Positions 17,021-27,042 are shown, counted from the stretch's first letter. The stretch: DNA of 64,000 nucleotides from an uncultured Oscillospiraceae bacterium (GCA_910587645.1 CAJUNA010000024.1:25381-89380); one strand, 5' to 3'. Numbers and translations are program-made. The notes: generated by a model from the sequence alone, not told the origin.

Positions 17021-17049
17021 AGAGTGGACTTTTGGGTCCGCTCTTTTTC
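17021..17049 (+). terminator. Leader terminator/attenuator upstream of rimP
   Basis: AGAGTGGAC TTTTGG GTCCGCTCT followed by TTTTT. It lies about 25 nt downstream of the promoter -10 and about 80 nt before rimP. Confidence 0.55.
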
Positions 17050-17130
17050 TTGACCTAATTCATTTGAGCAGAATTTTCCAGGTTTCCACGCCTTTCCCGC
17101 GGGGAACCGGACGAAATGCGAGGATTCGAT

Positions 17131-17586
17131 ATGGCAAAAATCACCGAACTTGTGGCAGACATGGCCCGCCCTGTGGCTGAGGACGCCGGGTGCGAGCTGT
17201 GGGACGTGGAGTACGTCCGGGAAGCGGGAACCTGGTATCTGCGGATCTATATTGATAGGGACGGCGGCGTGGATATCCTGGACTGCGAAACCGTTAGCCG
17301 GAAAATCAGCGATTTGCTGGACGAGGCCGACCCTATCGAGGGGAGCTACACGTTGGAGGTGTCCTCCGCCGGGGCGGAACGCCCCTTGAAGCGGCCCAGC
17401 GATTTTGAACGCTTTATGGGCAGCCCGGTGGCCGTGAAGCTCTATAAGGCGCAGAACGGGCGGAAAGAGTTCGCTGGCGTGCTGGCCGGATACAAGGATG
17501 GGGATATTACGATTACTGTGGGAGATGCCGCCATGACCTTCCCCAAGGCGGAGGTGGCTCTGTGCCGCCTGCGGATCGAGTTCTAA
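17131..17586 (+). CDS. rimP: Ribosome maturation factor RimP
   Basis: 151 aa from ATG 17131. Contains ELWDVEY...WYLRIYID, SSAG.ERPL, and the typical position upstream of nusA. Confidence 0.9.
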   Translation: MAKITELVADMARPVAEDAGCELWDVEYVREAGTWYLRIYIDRDGGVDILDCETVSRKISDLLDEADPIEGSYTLEVSSAGAERPLKRPSDFERFMGSPVAVKLYKAQNGRKEFAGVLAGYKDGDITITVGDAAMTFPKAEVALCRLRIEF

Positions 17587-17638
17587 AAGGAAAAGCTGGA
17601 ACCAACCTCTTTTTTGTAAATATAATAGGAGTAAGAAC

Positions 17639-18706
17639 ATGAAATGTGATGAAATTTTTACGGCGCTGGAACTGCTGGAAAAAGAACGGGGGATTTCTCC
17701 TACCTTCATGATGGATAAGATCATCCAGGCCTTGACCACCGCCTACAAGAAGGATCACGAGGGCGTGGAAAACGTGATCGTGGATGTGGACGAGGTCAAA
17801 AAAGACCTGAAAATGTACGTCCAGAAGGAGATCGTGGCGGACGAGGAACTGGAAAATCCCGGCACCCAGATGAGCGCCAGCGAGGCGAGGGCAAAGTATG
17901 GACGGGTAGATGTTGGCGGGGTGGTGAACATCCCGGTGGACAACGTGGAGTTTGGCCGCATCGCCGCCGGCAACGGCAAGCAGGTGATTATCCAGGGCCT
18001 CCGGGAGGCGGAGCGGGGCATGGTTTATGACGAATTCAACTCCAAGCAGCATGAGATCCTCACCGGCGTGGTCAGCCGCATCGACCCCCGGACGGGGAAT
18101 GTCTCCCTCCGCATTGGCACGGGGGCGGAGTCCACGGAAGCCATGCTGGCCGCCAGCGAGCAGATCCGGACGGAGCAGTTGGAGGAGGATCAGCATGTCA
18201 AGGTCTATGTGGTGGAGGTCCGCCGCAGCACCAGAGGGCCGCAGGTACTGATTTCCCGCACCCATCCGGGGTTGGTCAAGCGGCTGTTCGAGCTGGAGGT
18301 GCCGGAAATCTTCGATGGCATTGTGGAGGTCAAATCCATCGCCCGGGAAGCCGGGAGCCGTACGAAAATGGCGGTTTGGAGCGCGGATGAAGCGATTGAC
18401 CCCATCGGCGCCTGTGTCGGCCCCGCGGGGCAGCGGGTTGGCAACATCGTCAACGAGCTGCGGGGAGAAAAAATCGACATCATCAAGTACAGCGAGGACC
18501 CGGCGGAGTTTATCGCCGCTTCCCTCGCCCCCGCCGATGTGGTGGAGGTGCAGCTTTCTGACGAAGGGAAGCTGTGCAGGGTGATCGTACCGGATGACCA
18601 GCTTTCTCTTGCCATCGGCAAGGAGGGCCAGAACGCACGGCTGGCCGCGCGGCTGACTGGGTATAAAATTGACATCAAGCCCGCTTCCTACAAAGACGAG
18701 GAGTAA
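17639..18706 (+). CDS. nusA: Transcription termination/antitermination factor NusA
   Basis: 355 aa with an N-terminal domain, S1 and two KH domains (GACVGPAGQRV, LAIGKEGQNARLAARLTG). Confidence 0.95.
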   Translation: MKCDEIFTALELLEKERGISPTFMMDKIIQALTTAYKKDHEGVENVIVDVDEVKKDLKMYVQKEIVADEELENPGTQMSASEARAKYGRVDVGGVVNIPVDNVEFGRIAAGNGKQVIIQGLREAERGMVYDEFNSKQHEILTGVVSRIDPRTGNVSLRIGTGAESTEAMLAASEQIRTEQLEEDQHVKVYVVEVRRSTRGPQVLISRTHPGLVKRLFELEVPEIFDGIVEVKSIAREAGSRTKMAVWSADEAIDPIGACVGPAGQRVGNIVNELRGEKIDIIKYSEDPAEFIAASLAPADVVEVQLSDEGKLCRVIVPDDQLSLAIGKEGQNARLAARLTGYKIDIKPASYKDEE

Positions 18707-18837
18707 TCCCCCTCAGCCCCCGTGTCAGTATCCGCGCCGGGAGTACCCAAAGCAAAGGGGCCTGGGGGCGAGAAGCCCCTAGGCTGAAGGGCAGATAAAT
18801 GTATCTTTCGCGCCAAGGGCGCGAAGAGGAGACAAAC

Positions 18838-19116
18838 ATGCAGAAACCAAGAAAAATCCCCCAAAGGCAGTGCCTGGGCTGCCGGGAGATGAAGAATAAA
18901 AAAGATTTGATTCGCGTAGTCCGCTCCCCCGAGGGGGAAATTTCCCTGGACTTCAAGGGGAAAAAGCCGGGGCGGGGCGCCTACGTCTGTCCCGATGCGG
19001 CCTGCCTTGCCAAGGCGAAAAAAAGCCGCTCCCTGGAACGGGCTTTTAAAACGGCGGTGCCGCTGGAGGTCTATGACCTCCTGACGGAGCAGATGAGGGA
19101 CGAAAACAATGGATAA
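18838..19116 (+). CDS. ylxR: YlxR/RnpM-family RNA-binding protein (DUF448)
   Basis: 92 aa from ATG 18838 (AGAGGAGA upstream). Contains R.C.GCR....K..L.R.V and GRGAY.C. Confidence 0.85.
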   Translation: MQKPRKIPQRQCLGCREMKNKKDLIRVVRSPEGEISLDFKGKKPGRGAYVCPDAACLAKAKKSRSLERAFKTAVPLEVYDLLTEQMRDENNG

Positions 19117-19564
19117 CGCCCTGGGTATGATTGGCTTGGCCCTGCGGGCCGGTAAACTGGAAGTAGGCGAAGACCCCGCCGGCGATGCCTGCCGGGATAA
19201 ACGCTGCCGCCTGCTGCTGCTTGCCGCAGATGCCGCCGAAGGCTCCCAGCGGAAAGCGATGCACTTCGCGGAAGAGGGCCACTGCATCCTGTTGGAAATC
19301 CCCTACGCAAAAGCGGAATTGGGCGGCGCGCTGGGAAGAAGCGCCTGCGCTATGGCGGCGGTCACCGATCTGGGCTTGGCCCAGGCTATCGTGGAAAAAT
19401 TGGCTCCATCAGCCCCGGAGAAATACGGAGAAATCGCGGAGCGCCTGCGCTTGAAGGCCCAGCGGGCCGCGCAGAGACGGGAAAAAACCGCTCTGGAGCG
19501 CCGGCAGAACGGCGGGAAACGCCCATCCGCTTCACATAAAAAGAAGCCTTTTAGGAAGAAATAA
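19109..19564 (+). CDS. ylxQ: L7Ae-family protein YlxQ with a Lys/Arg-rich C-terminal tail
   Basis: 151 aa. The L7Ae-like core (LGMIGLALRAGKL..G) overlaps ylxR by 8 nt. The basic tail (RRQNGGKRPSASHKKKPFRKK) is extra. Confidence 0.8.
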   Translation: MDNALGMIGLALRAGKLEVGEDPAGDACRDKRCRLLLLAADAAEGSQRKAMHFAEEGHCILLEIPYAKAELGGALGRSACAMAAVTDLGLAQAIVEKLAPSAPEKYGEIAERLRLKAQRAAQRREKTALERRQNGGKRPSASHKKKPFRKK

Positions 19565-19571
19565 GCAATCC

Positions 19572-19635
19572 CACCATAACGCACGTCTGGGGACTTCACG
19601 CCCCCGGCGCAGGTCCCCGGACGTGTGTTATGGTG
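19572..19635 (+). promoter_or_regulatory. Long perfect RNA hairpin in the ylxQ-infB spacer
   Basis: 23 consecutive base pairs (2 G-U): CACCATAACGCACGTCTGGGGAC pairs with GTCCCCGGACGTGTGTTATGGTG. 16-nt loop, no trailing U-run. Confidence 0.6.
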
Positions 19636-19669
19636 TACAAACCGGAATCACACAGTGGAGGTGGCCTGA

Positions 19670-22078
19670 TTGGGTATTGTGAATAAGTATAAAGTGAACG
19701 ATCTGGCAAAGGACTTTGGGATGCAGACGAAGCAGATCATTGAAATTCTGGCAAAGTTTTTCCCGACGCCAAAAAAGTCCGGCCAAAATCTGGAGGACGA
19801 TGAGCTGAACATCGTGTTCGAATATCTCACCCAGAATAACCAGGTGAAGGATATTCAATCCATCTATGCCGACATGGCGGCGGAAAAGCCCGCCCCCGGC
19901 AAGGATGCCCCTCCGCAGGATCCCAAGCCTGCTGGGAAGCCCCAGCCCGCACCCGCCAAAGGCGCGCAGCCCCGCCCCCAGCAGAAGCCCCCGCAGCAAA
20001 AGCCGCAGCAGGCCCAGCCCGTGCTCCAGCAGAAGCCTGCGCAGCCCGCCGCCGAGCCCCAGCAGCCCGGCCGGGTGCCCAAAACCAAGGTGGTGGATAC
20101 CCGTAAGGCCACCAACGTGAATTTGGATAAATATGACGAGAAGCTACAGGATATGGCGGAGCGCAGCGACCGTTCCGGCAGCGGACGCCGGGACCGGGAT
20201 CAGGGCAGCAAGGAAAAATTCCGCAACGCCGGCGGCAAAAAGCGGGGCCAGCCTACCTTCTCCAACAAGCGTAAGCAGGAGGAAGCGGAGAAAATGCGCC
20301 GCCTCCAGTTGGAGATTGCTAAAAAGACGCCGCTGACGGTGAAAATCCCTGACGAGATTTCTGTGGGCGAGCTGGCCAGCCGGATGAAGAAAACCGGCGC
20401 GGAAGTGGTCAAGAGCCTGATGAAAAACGGCGTGATGGCTTCCCTCAGCCAGATCATTGACTTCGACACCGCCGCCATTACCGCCGAGGAAATGGGCTGC
20501 CGGGTGGAAAAAGAAGTTGTGGTCACTATCGAGGAGAAGCTCATTGACACCGCCGAGGACCGGCCTGAGGATCTGGCCCCCCGCGCGCCTGTGGTAGTGG
20601 TTATGGGTCACGTTGACCATGGCAAGACCTCTCTGCTGGACTATATCCGCTCCGCCAGCGTAGCGAAAGGCGAGGCCGGTGGCATTACCCAGCACATCGG
20701 CGCCTATCAGACCCAGATCAACGGCAAGCCCATCACCTTCCTGGATACCCCGGGTCACGAGGCCTTTACCTCCATGCGCGCCCGGGGCGCCATGGTGACG
20801 GATATTGCCATCCTGGTGGTTGCCGCAGAGGACGGCATTATGCCCCAGACCGTGGAGTCTATCAACCACGCCAAGGCGGCGAATATCCCCATTATTGTCG
20901 CCATCAATAAGATGGATAAGCCGGAAGCCAATCCCGAGCGCATCAAGCAGCAGCTCACGGAATATGAGCTGGTGGCCGAGGACTGGGGCGGCGAGACCAT
21001 CATCTGCCCCATCTCCGCCAAAACCGGCATGGGCATTGACAACCTGCTGGAAATGGTGACCCTTACCGCCGAGGTAGCGGAACTGAAGGCCAACCCCAAC
21101 CGCGCCGCCCAGGGCACCGTGGTGGAAGCCCGGCTGGACAAGGGCCGAGGCCCTGTAGCGACCCTTCTGGTGCAGAACGGTACCCTGCGCTCCGGCGATA
21201 TTATCATCGCCGGCACCGCCGTGGGCCGTGTCCGGGCCATGCTGGACGACAAGGGCAACCGGATCAATGAGGCAGGCCCCTCCGTGCCTGTGGAGATCAC
21301 AGGCCTGGGCGAGGTTCCCGGCGCGGGCAGCCCCTTTAACGCCGTGGCCGATGAGCGCCTGGCCCGGGAACTGGTGGAACAGCGCAAGGCTGAGGAGCGG
21401 GCCAAAGCCGCCGCCCCAGTACAGAAGGTCAGCCTGGAGGATCTGTTCAGCCAGATTCAGGCCGGTGAAGTTAAGGATTTGAACATCATTGTTAAGGCCG
21501 ATGTCCAAGGCTCCGCCGAGGCGGTAAAAGCCAGCCTGGAAAAGCTCTCCAACGAGGAAGTCCGGGTTCGGGTCATCCACTCCGGCGTGGGCGCCATCAG
21601 CGAGAGCGATGTTATGCTGGCTTCCACATCCAAGGCCATTATCGTAGGCTTCAACGTCCGTCCCGACGCGTCTGCCCGGGACAACGCCGCCCGCAGCAAC
21701 GTGGATATGCGGATGTACCGGGTGATTTACGATGCCATCAACGAGGTGGAAGCGGCTATGAAGGGAATGCTGGCCCCCAAGTTCCGGGAAGCCCTTATCG
21801 GCCACGCGGAAATCCGCCAGACCTACAAAGTGTCCGGCGTGGGCACCATCGCCGGCTGCTACGTCCAGGACGGCAAGATCCAGCGTTCCTGCCAGGTGCG
21901 CATTGTCCGGGACGGCATCGTAATCCACGAGGGCGTACTGGCGTCCTTGCAGCGGTTCAAGGACGCGGTGAAGGAAGTGGCGTCCGGCTACGAGTGCGGT
22001 ATGTCCATCGAGAAGTTCAACGACATCAAGGAAGGCGACATCATCGAGTGCTTTGTTATGGAGCAGATCGAAGCCTGA
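19670..22078 (+). CDS. infB: Translation initiation factor IF-2
   Basis: 802 aa with a TTG start after GGAGGTG. Low-complexity PQ-rich N-terminal region and a GTPase core ([25 protein letters not shown]). Confidence 0.95.
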   Translation: MGIVNKYKVNDLAKDFGMQTKQIIEILAKFFPTPKKSGQNLEDDELNIVFEYLTQNNQVKDIQSIYADMAAEKPAPGKDAPPQDPKPAGKPQPAPAKGAQPRPQQKPPQQKPQQAQPVLQQKPAQPAAEPQQPGRVPKTKVVDTRKATNVNLDKYDEKLQDMAERSDRSGSGRRDRDQGSKEKFRNAGGKKRGQPTFSNKRKQEEAEKMRRLQLEIAKKTPLTVKIPDEISVGELASRMKKTGAEVVKSLMKNGVMASLSQIIDFDTAAITAEEMGCRVEKEVVVTIEEKLIDTAEDRPEDLAPRAPVVVVMGHVDHGKTSLLDYIRSASVAKGEAGGITQHIGAYQTQINGKPITFLDTPGHEAFTSMRARGAMVTDIAILVVAAEDGIMPQTVESINHAKAANIPIIVAINKMDKPEANPERIKQQLTEYELVAEDWGGETIICPISAKTGMGIDNLLEMVTLTAEVAELKANPNRAAQGTVVEARLDKGRGPVATLLVQNGTLRSGDIIIAGTAVGRVRAMLDDKGNRINEAGPSVPVEITGLGEVPGAGSPFNAVADERLARELVEQRKAEERAKAAAPVQKVSLEDLFSQIQAGEVKDLNIIVKADVQGSAEAVKASLEKLSNEEVRVRVIHSGVGAISESDVMLASTSKAIIVGFNVRPDASARDNAARSNVDMRMYRVIYDAINEVEAAMKGMLAPKFREALIGHAEIRQTYKVSGVGTIAGCYVQDGKIQRSCQVRIVRDGIVIHEGVLASLQRFKDAVKEVASGYECGMSIEKFNDIKEGDIIECFVMEQIEA

Positions 22079-22096
22079 TAGGACACTATCTTGCGT

Positions 22097-22135
22097 ATTG
22101 CGGGCCTGACCGGTGGTCAGGCCCGCAATTTTTTT
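22097..22135 (+). terminator. Intrinsic terminator after infB
   Basis: 14-bp perfect stem ATTGCGGGCCTGAC / GTCAGGCCCGCAAT followed by a T7 run. Confidence 0.85.
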
Positions 22136-22146
22136 GCCAAAAGGCC

Positions 22147-22207
22147 TTGACAAATACCCCGCAGGGGTATATAGTAAGCCTATGGGCAAAATACCCCTAG
22201 GAGGTAT
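22147..22207 (+). promoter_or_regulatory. cop operon promoter with two CsoR-type operators
   Basis: TTGACA (22147-22152), 17 nt, TATAGT (22170-22175). The palindrome ATACCCCGCAGGGGTAT (22154-22170) fills the spacer. A second site, ATACCCCTAGGAGGTAT (22191-22207), overlaps the csoR SD. Confidence 0.7.
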
Positions 22208-22211
22208 CTGT

Positions 22212-22511
22212 ATGGACAACTGCTGTCAGTGCCAGAAGAAGCGGGAGCGGAGCGAGGAGGAAATGAAGAAGCTCTGCAACCGCCTGTGCCGCATTGAGGG
22301 GCAAGTGCGCGGCTTGCGGGAGATGCTGCAAAAGGATGTATACTGTACAGACATATTGATTCAGGTTTCGGCGGTAAACGCGGCCCTGAACAGTTTCAGC
22401 AAAGAACTGCTCAGCGAACATTTGCGGACCTGCGTAGCGGACGGCATCCGGCGGGGGGACGATGGGGTGATCGAGGAGTTGGTCGGTGTCCTGCAAAAGC
22501 TAATGAAATAG
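22212..22511 (+). CDS. csoR: Copper-sensing repressor CsoR
   Basis: 99 aa from ATG 22212 with the CsoR/RcnR helix pattern (RL.RIEGQVRGL..M......C.DIL.Q..A...AL). Confidence 0.88.
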   Translation: MDNCCQCQKKRERSEEEMKKLCNRLCRIEGQVRGLREMLQKDVYCTDILIQVSAVNAALNSFSKELLSEHLRTCVADGIRRGDDGVIEELVGVLQKLMK

Positions 22512-22521
22512 GAGGGACGAT

Positions 22522-22965
22522 ATGGTAATTGCAATCTTTGGAGAGAGCTGTACCGGAAAGAGCACCTTGGCGGATTTGCTCAAAGACCGCCTGGGGGCGG
22601 AGGTTTTTACCGGCAAGGATTATCTGCGGCTGGCAAAGGATGAAACGTCGGCAAAAAAACTTTTTCAGGCAAAACTTGCCGAGGCTATGTTGGGCAGCGA
22701 TATTGTTTACGTCATCTCGGAGCGGGAACACCTGGCCCTTGTCCCGGAGGGGGCAGTACGGATCCTGACGACGGCGGAACTGCCAGCTATCAAGGAACGC
22801 TTCGCGGCACGGATGCGCGGCAACCTCCCGGCTCCAGTGGCGGCAATGCTGGAACGAAAGCACGGGTGCTTCGATGCGGAACGCTGTGACCTGCGGGTGT
22901 GTTCCGGAGCGGCCACACCGGAAGAAGTATGCGGGCAAATCCTGCATATACTGCAATCAAGTTGA
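22522..22965 (+). CDS. Small P-loop NTPase, cytidylate-kinase-like family
   Basis: 147 aa with Walker [10 protein letters not shown] at residues 7-15. Positioned between csoR and copA. Confidence 0.65.
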   Translation: MVIAIFGESCTGKSTLADLLKDRLGAEVFTGKDYLRLAKDETSAKKLFQAKLAEAMLGSDIVYVISEREHLALVPEGAVRILTTAELPAIKERFAARMRGNLPAPVAAMLERKHGCFDAERCDLRVCSGAATPEEVCGQILHILQSS

Positions 22966-22982
22966 ACAATCAGGAGGTTCCT

Positions 22983-25559
22983 ATGAAGCAATCCTTCAAC
23001 GTCACAGGTATGACCTGCTCCGCCTGCTCTTCCCATGTGGAAAAAGCGGTAAAAAAATTAGAGGGTGTGAATGAGGTCACGGTCAGCCTGCTGACCAACT
23101 CCATGCAGGTGGCTTATGACGAGGCTTCCCTCACGGCGGAGAAGATTATAGAAACAGTCAGGGCGTCTGGCTATGGGGCGTCCCTGCCGTCAAAATCCGG
23201 CGGAAAACGGGTGGCCCCGCCTAAGGAGAACCTGATGGCGGAGGAAGCCCAGGGGATGAAGCACCGTATGATCTGGTCCTTCGTTTTCCTGATTCCGCTG
23301 TTCTATATCTCTATGGGCCATATGATGGGCGCCCCCCTGCCGGGGTTCCTGGTAGGGATGGAAAATGCCCTGGCCTTTGCGTTTACGCAGTTTTTGCTGA
23401 CGCTGCCGATTATGTATCTGAACGACAAATACTACAAGGTGGGCTTCAAAACCCTGCTCCACGGCGCGCCGAATATGGACTCCCTCATTGCCGTTGGCTC
23501 TATCGCCGCCGTGATTTACGGCGTGTTCGCGATCTATCAAATCGGCTGGGGCCTGGGCCATGGGGACATGGCGCTGGTAGCAAAGTACCATATGGATCTG
23601 TACTTTGAGTCTGCGGGGATGATCCTTACCCTCATCACCTTGGGTAAATTCCTGGAAACCCGCTCCAAGGGCAAAACCAGCGAAGCCATTACCCGCCTGA
23701 TGGATCTGGCCCCTAAGACCGCCAGCGTCCTCCGGGACGGCGGGGAAGTGGAAATCCCTGTGGAGGAGGTCCGGGTGGGGGACCGCATTGTCGTCCGTCC
23801 CGGACAGTCTATCCCCGTGGACGGCGTAATCGTGGAGGGCGCGTCCGCTGTGGACGAGAGCGCGCTGACCGGCGAGAGCCTGCCTGTGGACAAGGGGGTG
23901 GGGGACAAAGTCGCCGCCGCGTCCATCAACCGCTCCGGCTCCTTCACATTTGAAGCCCTACGGGTGGGCGAGGACACCACCCTGGCCCAGATGATCCGCC
24001 TGGTGGAGGAGGCGGCGTCCTCCAAGGCGCCTATCGCCAAGCTGGCGGATAAGGTCTCCGGCGTATTTGTGCCGGTGGTAATGGCAATTGCGCTGGTGAC
24101 AGCGGTAGTTTGGCTGATTGCCACGGGAAACGTTACCCAGGCGCTGACCGCCGGGGTGGCGGTGCTGGTAATCTCCTGCCCCTGCGCCCTGGGGCTTGCC
24201 ACGCCGGTGGCTATCATGGTGGGCACCGGAAAGGGCGCGGAAAATGGGATCCTGGTCAAATCCGCCGAAGCCCTGGAAACCCTCCACACCATTGACACCA
24301 TCGTCCTGGACAAAACCGGTACCCTGACCCAGGGCAAGCCCCAAGTGACGGACGTCCTGCCCGCCGAAGGCTTGACGGAAAACGCGCTGTTAGGCATCGC
24401 CGCCTGCCTGGAAGCCCCCTCGGAACACCCGCTGGGCGCAGCCATCGTGGAGGAAGCCGCCGCGCGGCAGCTTCCCAAGCAGCCGGTGGAGGGCTTTGAG
24501 GCCGTCCACGGCCGGGGCGTAAGGGCGGAATTGGCCGGCCGCGCCTGCCTTGCAGGCAACCGGGCTATGATGGAGGAAGCGGGGATCGGCCTGGATGCCT
24601 GGCTTCCCCAGGCGGAAGCCCTGGCAAACCAAGGCAAAACGCCCCTTTACTTTGCACGGGGCGAGACCCTGCTGGGGGTTATTGCCGTGGCAGATACGCC
24701 TAAGGCCACCAGCAAGGATGCTGTTGCGGCCTTCCGGAGCCTGGGCATTGATGTCATCATGCTCACCGGCGACAACCGCCGCACGGCGGACGCTATCGGC
24801 AGGGAGCTGGGCGTCAGCGAGGTCATGGCGGAGGTCCTGCCCCAGGATAAAGAGCGGAAAATTGCCGAACTCCAAAGCCAGGGCAAAAAGGTTGCCATGG
24901 CAGGCGATGGCGTCAACGATGCACCCGCCCTGGCACGGGCGGACGTAGGCCTTGCCATCGGCGCGGGGACGGACGTGGCCATCGAAAGCGCGGATATCGT
25001 GCTGATGAAAAGCGACTTGATGGATGCGGCGGCGGCGGTGGAGCTGAGCCGCGCTACCATCCGGAACATCAAGCAAAACCTGTTCTGGGCGTTTTTCTAC
25101 AACACATTAGGGATTCCCCTGGCAGCCGGCGTGTTCTTCCCGCTGCTGCAATGGCAGCTCAATCCCATGTTTGCCGCCGCCGCTATGAGCCTGAGCAGCG
25201 TCACGGTAGTCAGCAACGCCCTGCGGCTGCGATTGTTCAAGAGCAAGTTCACATCCCAGGCCCCCAGCGGGACCGGGGCCGCCTGCCCGTCAGGCTGTCC
25301 TGTTACGCTTCCAGAATATGAGGAAACTGTTGAAAATGAACAAGGAGGAAATGTGATTATGGCAAAGACAATGAAGATTGAGGGCATGATGTGCGCCCAC
25401 TGCTCCGGCCGGGTAGAAAAGGCGCTGAACGATCTCCCCGGCGTCACCGCTACAGTGGATTTGGAGGCCGGGACAGCCGCCGTCCAGGGCGATGTCTCTG
25501 ACGAGGTGCTTACCAAGGCGGTCACGGACGCGGGATATCAGGTCACTGGAATCGAGTAA
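22983..25559 (+). CDS. copA: Copper-translocating P1B-type ATPase CopA with an extra C-terminal HMA (CopZ-like) domain
   Basis: 858 aa from ATG 22983 (AGGAGG upstream). Contains an N-terminal [14 protein letters not shown], the CPC motif, [15 protein letters not shown], and a C-terminal second HMA ([15 protein letters not shown]). Confidence 0.92.
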   Translation: MKQSFNVTGMTCSACSSHVEKAVKKLEGVNEVTVSLLTNSMQVAYDEASLTAEKIIETVRASGYGASLPSKSGGKRVAPPKENLMAEEAQGMKHRMIWSFVFLIPLFYISMGHMMGAPLPGFLVGMENALAFAFTQFLLTLPIMYLNDKYYKVGFKTLLHGAPNMDSLIAVGSIAAVIYGVFAIYQIGWGLGHGDMALVAKYHMDLYFESAGMILTLITLGKFLETRSKGKTSEAITRLMDLAPKTASVLRDGGEVEIPVEEVRVGDRIVVRPGQSIPVDGVIVEGASAVDESALTGESLPVDKGVGDKVAAASINRSGSFTFEALRVGEDTTLAQMIRLVEEAASSKAPIAKLADKVSGVFVPVVMAIALVTAVVWLIATGNVTQALTAGVAVLVISCPCALGLATPVAIMVGTGKGAENGILVKSAEALETLHTIDTIVLDKTGTLTQGKPQVTDVLPAEGLTENALLGIAACLEAPSEHPLGAAIVEEAAARQLPKQPVEGFEAVHGRGVRAELAGRACLAGNRAMMEEAGIGLDAWLPQAEALANQGKTPLYFARGETLLGVIAVADTPKATSKDAVAAFRSLGIDVIMLTGDNRRTADAIGRELGVSEVMAEVLPQDKERKIAELQSQGKKVAMAGDGVNDAPALARADVGLAIGAGTDVAIESADIVLMKSDLMDAAAAVELSRATIRNIKQNLFWAFFYNTLGIPLAAGVFFPLLQWQLNPMFAAAAMSLSSVTVVSNALRLRLFKSKFTSQAPSGTGAACPSGCPVTLPEYEETVENEQGGNVIMAKTMKIEGMMCAHCSGRVEKALNDLPGVTATVDLEAGTAAVQGDVSDEVLTKAVTDAGYQVTGIE

Positions 25560-25584
25560 TACTTTTTCTTTCAAGAAAAAGTAT
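25559..25584. repeat. Perfect 10-bp-stem palindrome of the TACTTTT..AAAAGTA family, abutting the copA stop
   Basis: ATACTTTTTC TTTCAA GAAAAAGTAT, followed by CCAAAAG as in the copy at 56492-56521. Confidence 0.6.
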
Positions 25585-25667
25585 CCAAAAGAACTTTTGC
25601 CTCGAGATTTGAGCCTGTGCTATTCCAGGATTTCTGCCCGGTAACGGTACTGCGCTCTTCATATCAG

Positions 25668-25705
25668 AAAACAAGCGGCGGGACATTTGTCCCGCCGCTT
25701 GTTTT
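25668..25705. terminator. Bidirectional terminator between copA and the GH13 gene
   Basis: AAAACAAGCGGCGGGACA TT TGTCCCGCCGCTTGTTTT. A long GC stem flanked by an A-run and a T-run. Confidence 0.85.
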
Positions 25706-25707
25706 GT

Positions 25708-27018
25708 TTACCGCTCCATTTTCCAGAACTGGGCGCTGTAGGGCGGCAGTTCGCTGCCCCCGCCGAAGTCGTGTTTTTTTCCGGTGATCAAATCCACCGC
25801 CATGCCGCATCCGGCGTCAAAATGGGCGGTGAAGGGCGAACCGTTGGCGTTCACCGCCACAAGCACCCGCTCCTCCTCGCATTTTCTCTCGAAAATGATC
25901 TGCTTGTTCGTCAGCACTACGTTGCGGTAGGTGCCGTAGCAGAGGGCGCGGCTCCCTTTGTGGGCGGCGGCCAGCTTGGCAATCCATTCCGTCAGTTCGT
26001 TGGACGCGGGTTTCTCCAGGGCGGGGCGCAAAGCGGCGTCCCCCTGGGACTTTTTGCCCTCCATGCCCCATTCGCTGCCGTAGTACACAGCGGGGACACC
26101 CGGCATGCCGAACAAAATACCGTAGGCAGGGCGCAGATGATCCTTGCAGGCAAGCATACTGGCAATGCGCTCTACATCGTGGTTGTCCAGGAAGCTGAGC
26201 AAGTGCTTCCCCTTATAAAGGGTCCAGTTTTCCGGCCCGAACTGGCGGGCAAGGCTGTGGCCGATCTCAAACAGGTTCATGGAATTGAAGCTGGACCACA
26301 GGCCCTTATAGCACTCGTAGTTGGTAACGGAGTGGCAGGCACTGTCGTTCATCCAGCGGTTGTAGTCCCCGTGCAGGGTCTCGCCCATGAGGACGAAGTC
26401 CGGCTTGACCTGGTTGGCAAATTCCCGCAGCTGCCGCAGGTAGTCCGGGCTGAGACAGTAGGCCACGTCTAGCCGCAGGCCGTCAATGCCGAACTCCTCC
26501 ACCCAGGAGCGGATGGCGTCAAACTGGTGGCGCACCACGTCCGGGTGGGCCAGGTTCAGCTTCACCAGCTCATAATGCCCTTCCCAGGCCTCGTACCAGA
26601 AGCCGTCGTTGTAGCCGGTATTGCCGCCGAAGTCGATGTGGAACCAGTCCTTGTAAGGGCTGTCCCACTTCTTCTCCTGCACGTCCCGGAAGGCCCAGAA
26701 CCCCCGGCCCACATGGTTAAACACGCCGTCCAGCATCACCCGCAGGCCTGCCTCATGGAGCGCGCCGCAGACCTGCTTGAAGTCCTCGTTGGTACCCAGG
26801 CGGCAATCAAGCTGGCGGTAGTCCCGGGTGTCGTAGCCGTGCTTGTCGCTGTCAAAGACAGGGTTGAACAGCACCGTGTCCGCCCCGGCCTCCTTGATAT
26901 GCTCCACCCAGTCCAGGACCCGCAGAATGCGGTGCTCCTGGACGCCGTCGTTGTACTCCGGCGCGCCGCACAGGCCCAGGGGGTAAATTTGATAGATAAC
27001 CGATTCGTCAAACCACAT
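25708..27018 (-). CDS. GH13 alpha-amylase-family glycoside hydrolase
   Basis: 436 aa with the conserved GH13 regions DGVFNH, GLRLDVA, MGET and FLDNHD. Confidence 0.88.
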   Translation of the reverse strand: MWFDESVIYQIYPLGLCGAPEYNDGVQEHRILRVLDWVEHIKEAGADTVLFNPVFDSDKHGYDTRDYRQLDCRLGTNEDFKQVCGALHEAGLRVMLDGVFNHVGRGFWAFRDVQEKKWDSPYKDWFHIDFGGNTGYNDGFWYEAWEGHYELVKLNLAHPDVVRHQFDAIRSWVEEFGIDGLRLDVAYCLSPDYLRQLREFANQVKPDFVLMGETLHGDYNRWMNDSACHSVTNYECYKGLWSSFNSMNLFEIGHSLARQFGPENWTLYKGKHLLSFLDNHDVERIASMLACKDHLRPAYGILFGMPGVPAVYYGSEWGMEGKKSQGDAALRPALEKPASNELTEWIAKLAAAHKGSRALCYGTYRNVVLTNKQIIFERKCEEERVLVAVNANGSPFTAHFDAGCGMAVDLITGKKHDFGGGSELPPYSAQFWKMER

Positions 27019-27042
27019 AGTATTTTTCCTTTCTGTTGTCCG

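Noticed and set aside
20144-22219. 691-aa ORF on the minus strand
   Set aside because: It is antisense to infB, whose GTPase motifs are unambiguous. This is a shadow ORF caused by the scarcity of stop codons in GC-rich sequence.
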